64,000 bases of DNA from Rhizobiaceae bacterium (GTDB lineage Bacteria; Pseudomonadota; Alphaproteobacteria; Rhizobiales; Rhizobiaceae). A program made the translations under genes and the position numbers. The notes under the pieces were generated by a model. It made no database searches and had not been told where the DNA came from. It saw only the letters and a program-made list of their open reading frames with translations. The stretch spans positions 129,936 to 193,935 of the forward strand of contig JAILWO010000004.1 of assembly GCA_025698895.1 (NCBI GenBank). Direction: 5' to 3'. Positions 52,059-64,000 of the stretch are shown here, one piece after another; positions within the stretch are counted from its first letter, which is position 1, and each line of letters begins with the position of its first letter.

Positions 52059-52268
52059 ATGATGGCGATCAAGGTCAGGCTGGCGGTCGTGCTGGCCGAG
52101 CGCAATGTGAAATCGAAGGACCTCGCCGAACATGTCGGCATCACGGAGGCCAATCTTTCCCTGCTCAAGCAGGGAAAGGTGAAGGGCGTGCGGTTCGACA
52201 CGCTGGGGCGCATCTGCCAGTTTCTCGACTGCCAGCCGGGCGATCTGCTGGTCTACGAGGCCGACTGA
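52059..52268 (+). CDS. small helix-turn-helix transcriptional regulator (Cro/C1, YozG-like)
   Basis: 69 aa: IKVRLAVVLAERNVKSKDLAEHVGITEANLSLLKQGKVKGVRFDTLGRICQFLDCQPGDLL. Confidence 0.85.
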   Translation: MMAIKVRLAVVLAERNVKSKDLAEHVGITEANLSLLKQGKVKGVRFDTLGRICQFLDCQPGDLLVYEAD

Positions 52269-52448
52269 GAACGGTATCGGTCACGTCGGTGGCGCGCCGC
52301 CGAGACCGGAATGGGGCGGTTGTGCCAATCGTGCATGGCAGCTGTGCGTTGCGTTTGAAGGCGCGTCGACTATGCTGACCGCCATTCCCTCCCGCGCCGC
52401 GGACCGCCCGATTGCCGGCTGTCGCGGCGGTCTTTTCAAAGTTTTCCA

Positions 52449-53693
52449 ATGCCTTTCCTCAGCTTCCTCCGCGAGAATGCCCGCTGGCTCGGCGGCGCGT
52501 TCCTGATGACGCTGTTCTCTTCCTTCGGGCAGACCTTCTTCATCTCGCTCTCGGCCGGTGAGATCCGGTCCGAATACGGGTTGAGCCACGGCCAGTTCGG
52601 GCTTCTCTACATGGCTGGCACGCTGGCTAGCGCGCTGACGCTGCCGCGCGTGGGAGCCATCGTGGACATATGGTCGGTGCGCAAGGTGACGCTGGTCATC
52701 GTGCCGACGCTGGCGGCGGCCTGCCTGCTGATGGCGCTGTCGCACCATATCCTGCTGCTGGCGCTGACGATCTATCTGCTCAGGCTGTTCGGCCAGGGCA
52801 TGATGAGCCAGAACGCCTTCACCGCGGTCGGCCGCTGGTTCGCCGGCCAGCGCGGCAAGGCGACCTCCGTCACCGCGATCGGCGTCAATGCCGGGGAGGC
52901 GACGTTCCCCTTCCTGTTCGTGCTGGTCTCGGGAATGCTCGGCTGGCGGGGCGCGTGGATCGCGGGGGCCATCGTGCTTCTGGTGGTGGCCCTGCCGCTG
53001 ATTGCCGGCCTTGTCGCGGCCGAGCGCACGCCGCGCTCGACCGATCCGGCTCTGCCGGCCGTGAACGCGCGCGACTGGACGCGCGGCGAGGTGCTGCGCG
53101 ACCCGCTGTTTCCGCTGCTCCTGATGGGTACGATGGCGCCCGGCTTCATCGGAACGACCATCTTCTTCCACCAGGTCTATCTGGTCGAACTGCGCGGATG
53201 GTCGCTGGAGGTGTTCGCCGCCTCCTTCACCTTCATGGCCGCGATGGTGGTGACCTTTTCGCTGATTTCCGGCCAGTTGATCGACCGGTTCAGCGCCGTC
53301 GCCATGCTGCCGTCCTTCCTGGTTCCGCTGGCGCTCGCCTGCCTGGTGCTGGCGGGTGTCGAGGCGCAATGGGGGTCGCTCGTCTTCATGGGGCTGCTCG
53401 GCATCTCCTACGGGTTTCAGAACACGCTGTTCGGGGCGCTGTTCCCCGAAATCTACGGCGTCAGGAACCTTGGCGCGATCCGGGCCATGATCGTGGCCGT
53501 CATGGTGTTCGGCACCGCCGCCGGACCGGGCCTGACCGGCTGGCTCATCGATATCGGCGTGTCCTATCCCGCCCAGATCGCCTTCATGGGCGTCTATTGC
53601 CTCGCGGCAAGCCTGCTCATGGTCTTCGTGTCGCGACGGCTGAGAGCACGCGCCTTGCCAGCGGCGGAGGCCTCGGCTACCTCCGCGCCATGA
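52449..53693 (+). CDS. MFS transporter
   Basis: 414 aa with about 12 hydrophobic segments and a two-fold repeat architecture. Confidence 0.85.
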   Translation: MPFLSFLRENARWLGGAFLMTLFSSFGQTFFISLSAGEIRSEYGLSHGQFGLLYMAGTLASALTLPRVGAIVDIWSVRKVTLVIVPTLAAACLLMALSHHILLLALTIYLLRLFGQGMMSQNAFTAVGRWFAGQRGKATSVTAIGVNAGEATFPFLFVLVSGMLGWRGAWIAGAIVLLVVALPLIAGLVAAERTPRSTDPALPAVNARDWTRGEVLRDPLFPLLLMGTMAPGFIGTTIFFHQVYLVELRGWSLEVFAASFTFMAAMVVTFSLISGQLIDRFSAVAMLPSFLVPLALACLVLAGVEAQWGSLVFMGLLGISYGFQNTLFGALFPEIYGVRNLGAIRAMIVAVMVFGTAAGPGLTGWLIDIGVSYPAQIAFMGVYCLAASLLMVFVSRRLRARALPAAEASATSAP

Positions 53694-55063
53694 ACGTAGC
53701 CGTCCGCTTCGCCCCGTCTCCGACCGGCCTGATCCACATCGGCAATGCGCGCACGGCGCTGTTCAACTGGCTATTCGCCTTGAGGAATGACGGCCGTTTC
53801 GTGCTGCGCTTCGACGATACCGACTGCGAGCGGTCGAAACCGGAGTTCGCCGAAGCCATCGAGGTGGATTTGCGCTGGCTCGGCGTCATCCCGGATACCG
53901 TCGAGCACCAGTCCGCACGCTTCGGCCTCTATGACGAGGCGGTCGAGCGGCTGAAGGCGGCGGGGCTGCTTTATGCCTGCTACGAGACGCCGGAAGAACT
54001 CGAGCTGAAGCGCAAGGTGCTCCTGTCGCGCCGGCTGCCGCCGGTCTATGGCCGCGAGGCATTGACGCTGTCGGATGCTGGCAGGGCGCGGCTGGAAGCC
54101 GAGGGCCGCCGGCCGCACTGGCGTTTTCTCCTGCCCAATCACGACGGCGATCCGTCAAAGCCGCGCAAGACCCTCGTGGCCTGGGACGATCTGGTGCGCG
54201 GCCGCCAGTCGGTCGACCTCGCCTCGCTGTCGGACCCGGTGCTGGTGCGCGAGGATGGCAGCTATCTCTACACGCTGCCATCCGTCGTGGACGATATCGC
54301 GATGGCCATGACCCATGTCATCCGCGGCGACGACCACGTCACCAATACGGGCGCGCAGATTGCGCTGTTCAGGGCGCTGGGCGCCGAACCGCCCGTCTTC
54401 GGCCATCACAACCTGCTCACCAGCGCGACCGGCGAGGGGCTGTCGAAGCGCACCGGCGCGCTGTCGATCAGGGGATTGCGCGAGCAGGGCATGGAGCCGA
54501 TGGCGGTCGCCTCGCTGGCGGTGCTGACCGGCGGCGCCGACAGCATCCAGGCCGTGGCCTCGATGCGAGAACTGGCCGAACGCCTCGATCTTGCGCGCAC
54601 GTCGCGCTCGTCTTCGAAATTCGATCCCATCGACCTCGAAAGGCTGACGCAGGACCTGTTGCGCGACATGCCGTTCGCGGCCGCTCGGGAGCGGCTGGCC
54701 GCATATGGCGTCACCGGCGAGATGGCCGAGCCGTTCTGGCTGGCGGTGCGCGGTAACCTGTCGCGACTGGACGAGGCAGCACTCTGGTGGCGCATCGTCA
54801 CGGAAGGACCCGACGACGACAGCGAGCTGATCGAGACCGACCGGGCCTTCGTGCGCGCGGCGCTTGACGCGCTGCCGCCGGAGCCGTGGGACGCCACGAC
54901 CTGGAAGACTTGGACCGACGGCCTGAAGCAGGCGACCGGCCGCAAGGGCCGGGCGCTCTACATGCCGCTCAGGATCGCGCTCACTGGGCGTCCGTCGGGG
55001 CCGGAGCTCGCAGATCTATTGCCTCTTCTTGGTCGGGAAGGAACGCTGGCCCGACGACCCTGA
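53690..55063 (+). CDS. gltX: glutamate--tRNA ligase
   Basis: The ATG at 53690 overlaps the MFS stop (ATGA). It encodes 457 aa with HIGH motif [15 protein letters not shown] and a KMSKS-like GLSKRTG. Confidence 0.9.
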   Translation: MNVAVRFAPSPTGLIHIGNARTALFNWLFALRNDGRFVLRFDDTDCERSKPEFAEAIEVDLRWLGVIPDTVEHQSARFGLYDEAVERLKAAGLLYACYETPEELELKRKVLLSRRLPPVYGREALTLSDAGRARLEAEGRRPHWRFLLPNHDGDPSKPRKTLVAWDDLVRGRQSVDLASLSDPVLVREDGSYLYTLPSVVDDIAMAMTHVIRGDDHVTNTGAQIALFRALGAEPPVFGHHNLLTSATGEGLSKRTGALSIRGLREQGMEPMAVASLAVLTGGADSIQAVASMRELAERLDLARTSRSSSKFDPIDLERLTQDLLRDMPFAAARERLAAYGVTGEMAEPFWLAVRGNLSRLDEAALWWRIVTEGPDDDSELIETDRAFVRAALDALPPEPWDATTWKTWTDGLKQATGRKGRALYMPLRIALTGRPSGPELADLLPLLGREGTLARRP

Positions 55064-56126
55064 CGGCGCGTTCGTCCGGTCCGGCGCCGGCAAGCGGCTT
55101 GTCGGTCAGCATGCGCCGGATCGTGGCGGCGTCGAGCCCCGTGGCGGCATCGTAGGCCGCGTCGGGATCGAGACCCGGATCCGGTCTCGCGGAGGGCAGG
55201 GGCAACATTTTCTGTGCCGGCTCCGCCGGTTGCCGGGCCTCGCCGGCGATGATCGCGAAATTCCTGGACGATGACCGGCAGGAACACCCCTGAGGGGCGG
55301 TGAACGACGCATCCTTGTAGGCAAAGGCCGTCGGCAGCGCCGCATAGGGCTGGCCCTCGTCGACTGAGATCATGGTGTTCGATTCCTGGTCCAGACGATG
55401 GGCGTAGAGCCGTGTTTCGGCGCCGGGACACATCGACCGGCAGCCGGCGCGGTCGCGGTCGAAATCGTCCGGCGTCGAGCTATGCGACATCGGGAAATAG
55501 TAGCCGTCGCAGGTGCGCACGCACATGGTGCGGAAACTGCCGCCCAGGCCGTTGGGGCCGGAAGGCCGGACCACGACATGGTTTCCACGAATCTCGAGCG
55601 ACGGAGCGGGCCGCCTGTTCCGCTCGCCACGGCCGGACCTGTCGCCCAGGGGCGGCGCGACGCGGCGTACCGATCCTTCCTCCAGCCCTTGCCGGACGCT
55701 TGAGACGACCGGCTCGCGCTCCCGCCGTGCCTGCCTGGCCGGCGGCCGGTCGCGGCAGCCATTGGCGTCGAGCCGCGCGAGGACTGCGGCGCGCGAGGGG
55801 GCGCCGCCGGCGGCCTGCCGCTGCAATTCGGCGAGATTGCGCTCCATGCGCCGGATCGTGGCGCCAAGCTCGGCGCAGGCGCGGCCGGAGAAAGGTCCGC
55901 AACCGGCGCGGCGGGCATTGTCGCGCGCCCGCCTGAGATGGGCTTCCTGGGTCCGGGCCGCCGCGGCGTATTTCCGCGACATCGCACCGCCCGAGCGACC
56001 GGCCTGCACAAGCTGCGCTTCCAACTGCCGGCAGAGCGCCGAGGCGGCCGATGCCGTCGCCGCCATTCCCGGCAGCAGGATGGCCAGCATCGCGGCCACC
56101 GCCAGTACCCGCCCAAGCCCGCTCAA
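54981..56126 (-). CDS. DUF2865-like exported protein
   Basis: The start was chosen at TTG 56126, which has AAGGA 8 nt upstream and gives the signal peptide [27 protein letters not shown]. The body has [15 protein letters not shown] and CRSMCPG. The track ORF start at 56216 would translate the 9-bp repeat. Confidence 0.7.
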   Translation of the reverse strand: MSGLGRVLAVAAMLAILLPGMAATASAASALCRQLEAQLVQAGRSGGAMSRKYAAAARTQEAHLRRARDNARRAGCGPFSGRACAELGATIRRMERNLAELQRQAAGGAPSRAAVLARLDANGCRDRPPARQARREREPVVSSVRQGLEEGSVRRVAPPLGDRSGRGERNRRPAPSLEIRGNHVVVRPSGPNGLGGSFRTMCVRTCDGYYFPMSHSSTPDDFDRDRAGCRSMCPGAETRLYAHRLDQESNTMISVDEGQPYAALPTAFAYKDASFTAPQGCSCRSSSRNFAIIAGEARQPAEPAQKMLPLPSARPDPGLDPDAAYDAATGLDAATIRRMLTDKPLAGAGPDERAVRVVGPAFLPDQEEAIDLRAPAPTDAQ

Positions 56127-56154
56127 GTCCGGTTCCTTCGCTTCCCCGATCCGG

Positions 56155-56181
56155 CGACAATACCGACAATACCGACAATGC
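56155..56181. repeat. 3 x 9-bp tandem repeat CGACAAT(A/G)C
   Basis: Read directly: CGACAATAC CGACAATAC CGACAATGC. It lies about 30 nt upstream of the proposed start of the DUF2865-like gene on the minus strand. Confidence 0.9.
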
Positions 56182-56341
56182 CGCGACCCGTTAAGAGCGT
56201 GCGGTCGCCGGATCACCGGGTCTAGCCAATCACGAATGCGTGCGCGGTCACGCCGGAACCACGCGCGAACTAAATGGTTGGCGGTGAAGGGCTTCCGCGC
56301 GCCGCGCGGCGGCCGACGCTGCCAGTTGCAAGGAGACCGAG

Positions 56342-57511
56342 ATGCACAAGACGATGCTCACCATCGCCGTGGCCCCGATCGCCGTTGTCGCCGCCACGGC
56401 GGCTCAGGCCGTCGACGAGACTTTCGAGACCGAGGACGGCTCGATCCGCGTCGAAACCGTGGCGGACGGGCTGACCAACCCCTGGGGCATGGCGTTCCTG
56501 CCGGATGGCGGCATGCTGGTGACGGAAAGACCGGGCACTTTGCGCGTGGTCGATGGCGAGGGCGGCCTGTCCGAACCGCTGTCGGGCGTACCCGAGGTCG
56601 ACGCCCGTGACCAGGGCGGCCTGCTCGACGTGGCGCTTGATCCGGCGTTCGAGGAAAACCGGATGGTCTATCTCAGCTACGCCGAAGCGGGCGAGGGGGG
56701 CAACGGCACGGCGGTGGCGCGCGGCGTGCTCAGCGACGACATGACGTCGCTCGATCAGGTCGAGGTCATCTTCCAGCAGATGCCGAAGGAGAACAGCACC
56801 ATGCATTTCGGCTCGCGCCTGGTCTTCGACAATGACGGCCATCTGTTCGTGACGCTCGGCGAACGCTCGGACGCCCGGTTCCGCGAGCAGGCGCAGGATC
56901 TCGATTCGCATCTGGGCAAGATCGTCCGCATCAATCCCGACGGCTCGGTTCCCGACGACAATCCGTTCGTCGGCCGCGACGACGCGAAGCCCGAAATCTA
57001 CGCTTACGGCGTGCGCAACGTTCAGGCGGCCGCGATGCATCCCGAGACCGGCGAGCTGTGGGAGATCGAGCACGGCCCGAAGGGCGGCGACGAGCTGAAC
57101 GTGATCAAGCCCGGCGAGAACTATGGCTGGCCGGTCGTCACGCTTGGCGTCAATTATGACGGGTCGACGATCGGGGAAGGCATCGAGACCCAGGAAGGCA
57201 TGGTCGATGCCATCCATAGCTGGACGCCGGTGATCGCGCCGTCGGGGATGATCTTCTATGACGGCGAGGCCTTCGGCGATTGGCAGGGCGACCTGTTCGT
57301 CGGTGGTCTGGCTTCGAAGGCGCTGGTGCGCCTCGAACTCGACGGCGAGAGCGTCACTCACGAGGAGCGCCTGCTGGAAGACCTCGGTCTGCGGATCCGC
57401 GATGTGGCGCAGGGTCCCGACGGCGCGATCTATGTCGCCACGGACGAGGCTAGTGGCGAGATACTCAGGATCAGCCCGGCCGACGAGACCGCCACCGGGG
57501 CGATCGACTGA
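56342..57511 (+). CDS. PQQ-dependent sugar dehydrogenase (soluble aldose/sorbosone dehydrogenase family)
   Basis: 389 aa with a signal peptide and beta-propeller family motifs (PWGMAFLPDGGMLVTERPG, GGLLDVALDPAF, HFGSRLVFD, GWP). Confidence 0.85.
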   Translation: MHKTMLTIAVAPIAVVAATAAQAVDETFETEDGSIRVETVADGLTNPWGMAFLPDGGMLVTERPGTLRVVDGEGGLSEPLSGVPEVDARDQGGLLDVALDPAFEENRMVYLSYAEAGEGGNGTAVARGVLSDDMTSLDQVEVIFQQMPKENSTMHFGSRLVFDNDGHLFVTLGERSDARFREQAQDLDSHLGKIVRINPDGSVPDDNPFVGRDDAKPEIYAYGVRNVQAAAMHPETGELWEIEHGPKGGDELNVIKPGENYGWPVVTLGVNYDGSTIGEGIETQEGMVDAIHSWTPVIAPSGMIFYDGEAFGDWQGDLFVGGLASKALVRLELDGESVTHEERLLEDLGLRIRDVAQGPDGAIYVATDEASGEILRISPADETATGAID

Positions 57512-57547
57512 GGCAGTGATCGCCCATCATGGGACCGCCGGCCGTTC

Positions 57548-59857
<2,310 letters not shown>

Positions 59858-59954
59858 TCCATCCTCCCTGGCCCACCGAATGGCGCCGCGGTGCGAACAC
59901 TAGCACGGCCAGACTTCCCAGCTTGCCATCCCTCGCGCAAAACTGTTTCGACGC

Positions 59955-60797
59955 TCAGCGCGCGACCACCTTCTGGCGCTGCTCGCCCAGGCCGGCGATG
60001 CCGAGGCGCATTTCGTCCCCATCCTTGAGGAAACGCTGCGGCTTCATGCCCATGCCGACGCCGGGCGGCGTGCCGGTGGTGATGACGTCTCCCGGCTCCA
60101 GCGCCATGAAGCGCGACAGATAGGAGACGATCTGGGCGACGGTGAAGATCATGGTCGAGCTGTTGCCGGTCTGCACGCGCTCGCCGTTCAGGTCGAGGAA
60201 CATGTCGAGTGCCTGCGGGTCGGCGATCTCGTCGGCCGTCACCAGCCAGGGGCCGAGAGGGCCGAAGGTCGGGGCGGACTTGCCCTTGATCCACTGACCG
60301 CCGCGCTCGACCTGGTATTCGCGCTCGGACACGTCGTTGCACAGCGCATAGCCGAAGACATGCGACAGCGCGTCCTTTTCCTCGACATAGTCGCAGCGCC
60401 GTCCGATCACGACCGCGAGCTCCACCTCCCAGTCCGATTTCACGGATCCCCTGGGCAGGAGGACGTCGTCATTCGGGCCCGACAGGCAGCTCGGCGCCTT
60501 GGAAAAGACGATCGGCTCGGCCGGGATGGCCGCGCCGGTCTCGGCGGCGTGGTCGGCATAGTTGAGGCCGATCGCGATGAAATGGCCCGGGCGTGAGAGG
60601 GGCGCGCCGATCCGCACGCCGGCGGGCGCGCGCGGCAGGGCGTCGAGATCGGTTCCGGCGAGCCTGGCCGAAAGGTCGGGGCCGATGGTTCCGGGCGAAT
60701 AGTCCGCCACCAGCGACGACACGTCGCGAATCGTGCCGCTGGCGTCCAGCGCCCCGGGCTTCTCCTTGCCAAGCTCTCCGAAACGAACCAATTTCAA
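59955..60797 (-). CDS. fumarylacetoacetate hydrolase family protein
   Basis: 280 aa: MKLVRFG..., IGLNYADHAAE, EVELAVVIG, GDVITTGTPPGVG. Confidence 0.85.
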   Translation of the reverse strand: MKLVRFGELGKEKPGALDASGTIRDVSSLVADYSPGTIGPDLSARLAGTDLDALPRAPAGVRIGAPLSRPGHFIAIGLNYADHAAETGAAIPAEPIVFSKAPSCLSGPNDDVLLPRGSVKSDWEVELAVVIGRRCDYVEEKDALSHVFGYALCNDVSEREYQVERGGQWIKGKSAPTFGPLGPWLVTADEIADPQALDMFLDLNGERVQTGNSSTMIFTVAQIVSYLSRFMALEPGDVITTGTPPGVGMGMKPQRFLKDGDEMRLGIAGLGEQRQKVVAR

Positions 60798-60834
60798 TGT
60801 CTTATCCTCCGATATTCACAGTATGAATCATTGA

Positions 60835-61614
60835 TCAGAAGGCGGAGGGGAACGAGCCGCCGTCGAGCCTGAGGTTCTGGCCGGTGATGTAGCCGGCATG
60901 TTGCGAGCACAGGAACGCGCAGGCCTGGCCGAATTCCTCCGCCGTTCCCAGCCGTCCGGCCGGGATTTCGACGGACTGGCGCGCCGTTTCCTCCTCGAGC
61001 GTGCGGCCGGACTTGTCGGCGGCGAACTGGATGGTGTCGCGGATGCGGTCGGTGTCGAACTTGCCGGGCAGGATGGAGTTGATCGTCACGTTCTTCGACG
61101 CCACGGTGCGCGCCACGCCCGCCAGGAAGGCGGTCAGGCCGGCACGCGCGCCCGACGACAGGTCGAGGCCGGGAATCGGCTTGTAGACCGACAGCGAGGT
61201 GATGTTGACGATCCGGCCGAAACGCCGTTGGGCCATGCCGTCGACGACGCGTTGGATCAGTTCGATCGGCGTGACCATGTTCTGGACCACGCCGTCGATC
61301 ATCGCCTGGCGGTCGAGCTGGCGGAAATCCCGGAGCGGGGGGCCGCCATTGTTGTTGACGAGGATGTCCGGGTTCGGGCAGGCCGCCAGAAGCGCGTCCT
61401 GACCCTCGCGCGTCGAGACGTCGGCGACGACTTCCTTGACCTTGACGCCATGGCGCTTGCGGATTTCGGCGGCGGTCTCGGCCAGCCTGTCGGCATCGCG
61501 GCCGTTGACGACGATGTCGCATCCCGCCTCCGCCAGCGCCATCGCGCAGCCGCGTCCCAGCCCCCGGCTCGACGCGCAGACGATGGCCTCGCGTCCCGTC
61601 AATCCAAGATCCAT
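60835..61614 (-). CDS. SDR family oxidoreductase
   Basis: 259 aa with a Rossmann motif (CASSRGLGRGCA) and an NNNGG segment. Length is typical of classical SDRs. Confidence 0.88.
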   Translation of the reverse strand: MDLGLTGREAIVCASSRGLGRGCAMALAEAGCDIVVNGRDADRLAETAAEIRKRHGVKVKEVVADVSTREGQDALLAACPNPDILVNNNGGPPLRDFRQLDRQAMIDGVVQNMVTPIELIQRVVDGMAQRRFGRIVNITSLSVYKPIPGLDLSSGARAGLTAFLAGVARTVASKNVTINSILPGKFDTDRIRDTIQFAADKSGRTLEEETARQSVEIPAGRLGTAEEFGQACAFLCSQHAGYITGQNLRLDGGSFPSAF

Positions 61615-61697
61615 TGCTGTCTCCCTCGAAGCCGCCGGACGCTATCCGCGTAACGTTTCGGCTGCAACCGTCATATGGCTGTTGCAGGAATCTGCGC

Positions 61698-62546
61698 ATG
61701 GGCGGCTGTCACAGCATGGGCAGGCCGATGGACGTCGACAATCCGCGCAGATTCCGCACGCTCTTTATCTCGGACGTGCATCTCGGCTCCCGGCCCGCCA
61801 AGGCCGAGTACCTGATCGACTTCATGCGCCATCATGAGGCCGAAACCATCTACCTGGTCGGCGATATCGTCGACGGCTGGCGCCTCAAGCGGTCGTGGCA
61901 CTGGCCGCAGGCGCACAACAATGTGGTGCAGAAGCTGCTTCGCAAGGCGCGCAAGGGGTCGAGGATCGTCTATGTGGCCGGCAATCACGACGAGTTCCTG
62001 CGCGGCTTCCAGGGCACGCATTTCGGCGGCATCGAGGTGGTGGATGACGCCATCCACGTGGCGGCCGACGGCCGCCGCTATCTCGTCATTCACGGCGACC
62101 AGTTCGACGCGGTGGTGCACAATCACCGCTGGCTCGCCTATCTCGGCGATAAGGCCTACGACATCGCGATCGTGGTCAACCGGCTGGTGTCGCGGGTACG
62201 GCGCATCTTCGGCTTGCCCTACTGGTCGTTCTCGTCCTGGGCCAAGGTGCGGGTGAAGAGGGCGGTCAACTTCATCTCCGCCTTCCAGGACGTCGTGGCG
62301 CAGGAGGCGCGGCGCCGCGACGTGCATGGCGTGATCTGCGGCCACATCCATCATGCGGCGATCGAGGAGATGGACGGCGTGCGCTACATCAACACCGGAG
62401 ACTGGGTGGAAAGCTGCACGGCCGTCGCCGAGCATTTCGACGGATCGTTCTCCATCATCGGCTGGTCGCAGGTCGCCCTCGCGGACAAGCGGGGCCGGCG
62501 GCTGGTTCCCGTGACGATCGACGGCAAGGCCATTCGCGCCGCCTGA
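61698..62546 (+). CDS. LpxH-like metallophosphoesterase (UDP-2,3-diacylglucosamine diphosphatase family)
   Basis: Calcineurin-like motifs are present (FISDVHLG, GDIVDGW, GNHDEF, HGDQFD, GHIHH). The start was chosen at ATG 61698, 7 nt after AGGAA; 61716 and 61728 are alternatives. Confidence 0.75.
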   Translation: MGGCHSMGRPMDVDNPRRFRTLFISDVHLGSRPAKAEYLIDFMRHHEAETIYLVGDIVDGWRLKRSWHWPQAHNNVVQKLLRKARKGSRIVYVAGNHDEFLRGFQGTHFGGIEVVDDAIHVAADGRRYLVIHGDQFDAVVHNHRWLAYLGDKAYDIAIVVNRLVSRVRRIFGLPYWSFSSWAKVRVKRAVNFISAFQDVVAQEARRRDVHGVICGHIHHAAIEEMDGVRYINTGDWVESCTAVAEHFDGSFSIIGWSQVALADKRGRRLVPVTIDGKAIRAA

Positions 62547-62555
62547 AGCGTCGCC

Positions 62556-63539
62556 TTACCCCCACAGGGCGGCGTCGGGCGGGGAAACCAGCGATCCCGA
62601 ATAGCGCAGCGCCGGCTTGCGGTCCTTCGCCAGGAGCAGGGGGCCGTCGAGGTCCACCCAGTCGGCGTCCTGGGCCAGAAGCACGGCCGGCGCCATGGCG
62701 AGCGAGGTGCCGACCATGCAGCCGATCATGACGCCGAATCCCATCTCGCGCGCCCTGTCGCGTAGGTCGAGCGCGGCCGTCAGCCCGCCGGCCTTGTCGA
62801 GCTTGATGTTGACCGCGTCATAGAGCCCCACCAGGCTTTCGAGGTCGCGCGACGAGTGCACGCTCTCGTCGGCGCAGATCGGGACGGGATGGGGAATGTT
62901 GCGCAAAAGCGCGTCCTTGCCGGCCGGCAGCGGCTGCTCGATCAGCGCGATATGGAATTCGGCCGCCACCAGCAGGTTTTCGCGGATATTTTCCTCGGTC
63001 CAGCCTTCATTCGCGTCCAGGATGATGCGGCAGTCCGGGGCGACGGACGCGACGGCATGGATGCGGGCCGCGTCGTTTTCGGCGCCGACCTTTACCTTCA
63101 GAAGCGGCCGGTGGGCGTATTTGCGGGCTTCCGCCGCCATATCCTGCGGCGAGCCCAGCGACACGGTGACAGCGGTCGGCACCGGGCGAGGGGGCATGGC
63201 GCAAGCCTTCAGATGCGCGCGCCGGCCGCTCAGCCGGGCCTCGAGATCCCACAGGGCGCAGTCGATCGCGTTACGCGCCGCGCCCGGCGGCATGTGCTCC
63301 ATCAACTCGTTACGATCGCCGCCGCGCTCGACCAGTTCCGAAGCCCCTTCGATCGCCTCGCGCACGCTGTCGATGGTTTCCCCGTAGCGGCTGTAGGGCA
63401 CGCATTCGCCGCGGCCGACATGGCCGTCCTGCTCGATGATGCAGACGATGACCTGGGCCTCGGTTCTTGATCCGCGTGAAATGGTGAAACTTCCCGCGAT
63501 CGGAAACGTCTCGATTTCCATGCGAAGCGTTCGCGCCAT
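62556..63539 (-). CDS. enolase-superfamily dipeptide epimerase / N-acyl-amino-acid racemase-like protein
   Basis: An internal ATG gives MARTLRMEIETFPIAGSFTISRGSRTEAQV...GRGECVPYSRYGET, 327 aa. Metal-ligand regions are present (ILDANEGW, LIEQP, ADES). The upstream 125 aa of the track ORF are junk. Confidence 0.8.
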   Translation of the reverse strand: MARTLRMEIETFPIAGSFTISRGSRTEAQVIVCIIEQDGHVGRGECVPYSRYGETIDSVREAIEGASELVERGGDRNELMEHMPPGAARNAIDCALWDLEARLSGRRAHLKACAMPPRPVPTAVTVSLGSPQDMAAEARKYAHRPLLKVKVGAENDAARIHAVASVAPDCRIILDANEGWTEENIRENLLVAAEFHIALIEQPLPAGKDALLRNIPHPVPICADESVHSSRDLESLVGLYDAVNIKLDKAGGLTAALDLRDRAREMGFGVMIGCMVGTSLAMAPAVLLAQDADWVDLDGPLLLAKDRKPALRYSGSLVSPPDAALWG

Positions 63540-63635
63540 TTTGCGATGATCTCCGAAGGTAGCGGCGATGCAACACCCTGAAAGCTTTCGTTCGACGGAT
63601 GTGACACACTGTTTCGCTTGGACTAAAGGATTCGC

Positions 63636-64000
63636 ATGTTGACCAAAGACGAAGCCGAGGCAAGCGGGGCCGGCAACGGCGGCAATACCGCGCCGCGACT
63701 GGACGCGCAGGAGCGCGACGGTCAACTCATGCTTGCCCTGTCCGGCGACTGGACGACGCGCACCGTCTCGACGGTCGACGCCGAACTGAGGCGCCTGGCC
63801 GAGGAAAGGCGCGGCGGAGTGCATGTCGACCTGTCGCGGCTCGGCCGGATCGACACGGCCGGCGCCTGGCTGATCGAGCGCTTCGTGGCGAAGCTTTCGG
63901 CGGAAGGCGGGCATGTCACGGTCGAGGGTGCCGATGCCTCGGCCCAGGTCCTGCTTTCCGCCGTCGGACGGGCGGCCGGCGAGGTGATGCAGGTCTCGCC
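63636..64000 (+). CDS. MlaE-family ABC transporter permease with N-terminal STAS domain, 5' part (runs off the window)
   Basis: The ATG at 63636 is 5 nt after AAAGGA and the frame is open to the window end. The translation MLTKDEAE...LMLALSGDWTTRTV...VDLSRLGRIDTAGAWLIERF matches the STAS-like N-terminus of rhizobial MlaE-type permeases. It is not in the ORF track because no stop is reached. Confidence 0.6.
   Translation, partial: MLTKDEAEASGAGNGGNTAPRLDAQERDGQLMLALSGDWTTRTVSTVDAELRRLAEERRGGVHVDLSRLGRIDTAGAWLIERFVAKLSAEGGHVTVEGADASAQVLLSAVGRAAGEVMQVS

Noticed and set aside
56127-56216. Upstream extension of the DUF2865-like ORF (MIRRPHALNGSRHCRYCRYCRRIGEAKEPD).
   Set aside because: It is the translation of the 9-bp tandem repeat and precedes a much better start, a TTG with AAGGA that gives a signal peptide. 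It is probably leader or promoter sequence.

Overview
High-GC (~65% by eye) alphaproteobacterial chromosome segment. Gene content and order look like Hyphomicrobiales/Rhizobiales, possibly Phyllobacteriaceae; that placement is an inference from gene order only. Almost everything is conserved core genome.

Gene order:
- 3' part of a Tad/Flp pilus locus (cpaB, cpaC, small lipoprotein, cpaE, cpaF, tadB, tadC, TPR lipoprotein), then a GGDEF cyclase and an OmpA-family lipoprotein.
- A urea ABC transporter, urtABCDE, with a textbook sigma-54 promoter. Two palindromic MITE-like repeats are wedged between urtD and urtE.
- A complete complex I operon, nuoA to nuoN.
- birA, RNase J, methylmalonyl-CoA epimerase, DUF1467, DUF1028, N-formylglutamate amidohydrolase, proS, lolCE-lolD, a GGCT-like gene and class II DAHP synthase.
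- A small accessory patch (esterase, vapBC, GFA), then dgkA, hemerythrin, a Tag-like glycosylase, YciI, nadE and a GNAT.
- An exported-protein / DUF2975 / HTH module, then MFS, gltX, DUF2865, a PQQ sugar dehydrogenase, maeB, FAH, SDR, an LpxH-like phosphoesterase, an enolase-type epimerase and the start of a STAS-MlaE permease.

I saw no rRNA, tRNA, CRISPR array, transposase, integrase or prophage genes. I do not see a convincing novel multi-gene system such as a defence island.

The genuinely unusual features are:
1. The nuo operon is interleaved with five non-canonical, tightly packed ORFs. One is a 23S-rRNA-IVS/Avd-type four-helix-bundle gene bracketed exactly by inverted arrays of a tandem heptamer.
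2. A second, cargo-less copy of the same inverted-heptamer-array architecture, built from a different heptamer, lies between rnj and mce.
3. NuoE carries a long C-terminal extension, and its terminal ~60-aa module is duplicated in a separate ORF between nuoF and nuoG.

Many long ORFs in the track are antisense or out-of-frame GC artefacts and were rejected.
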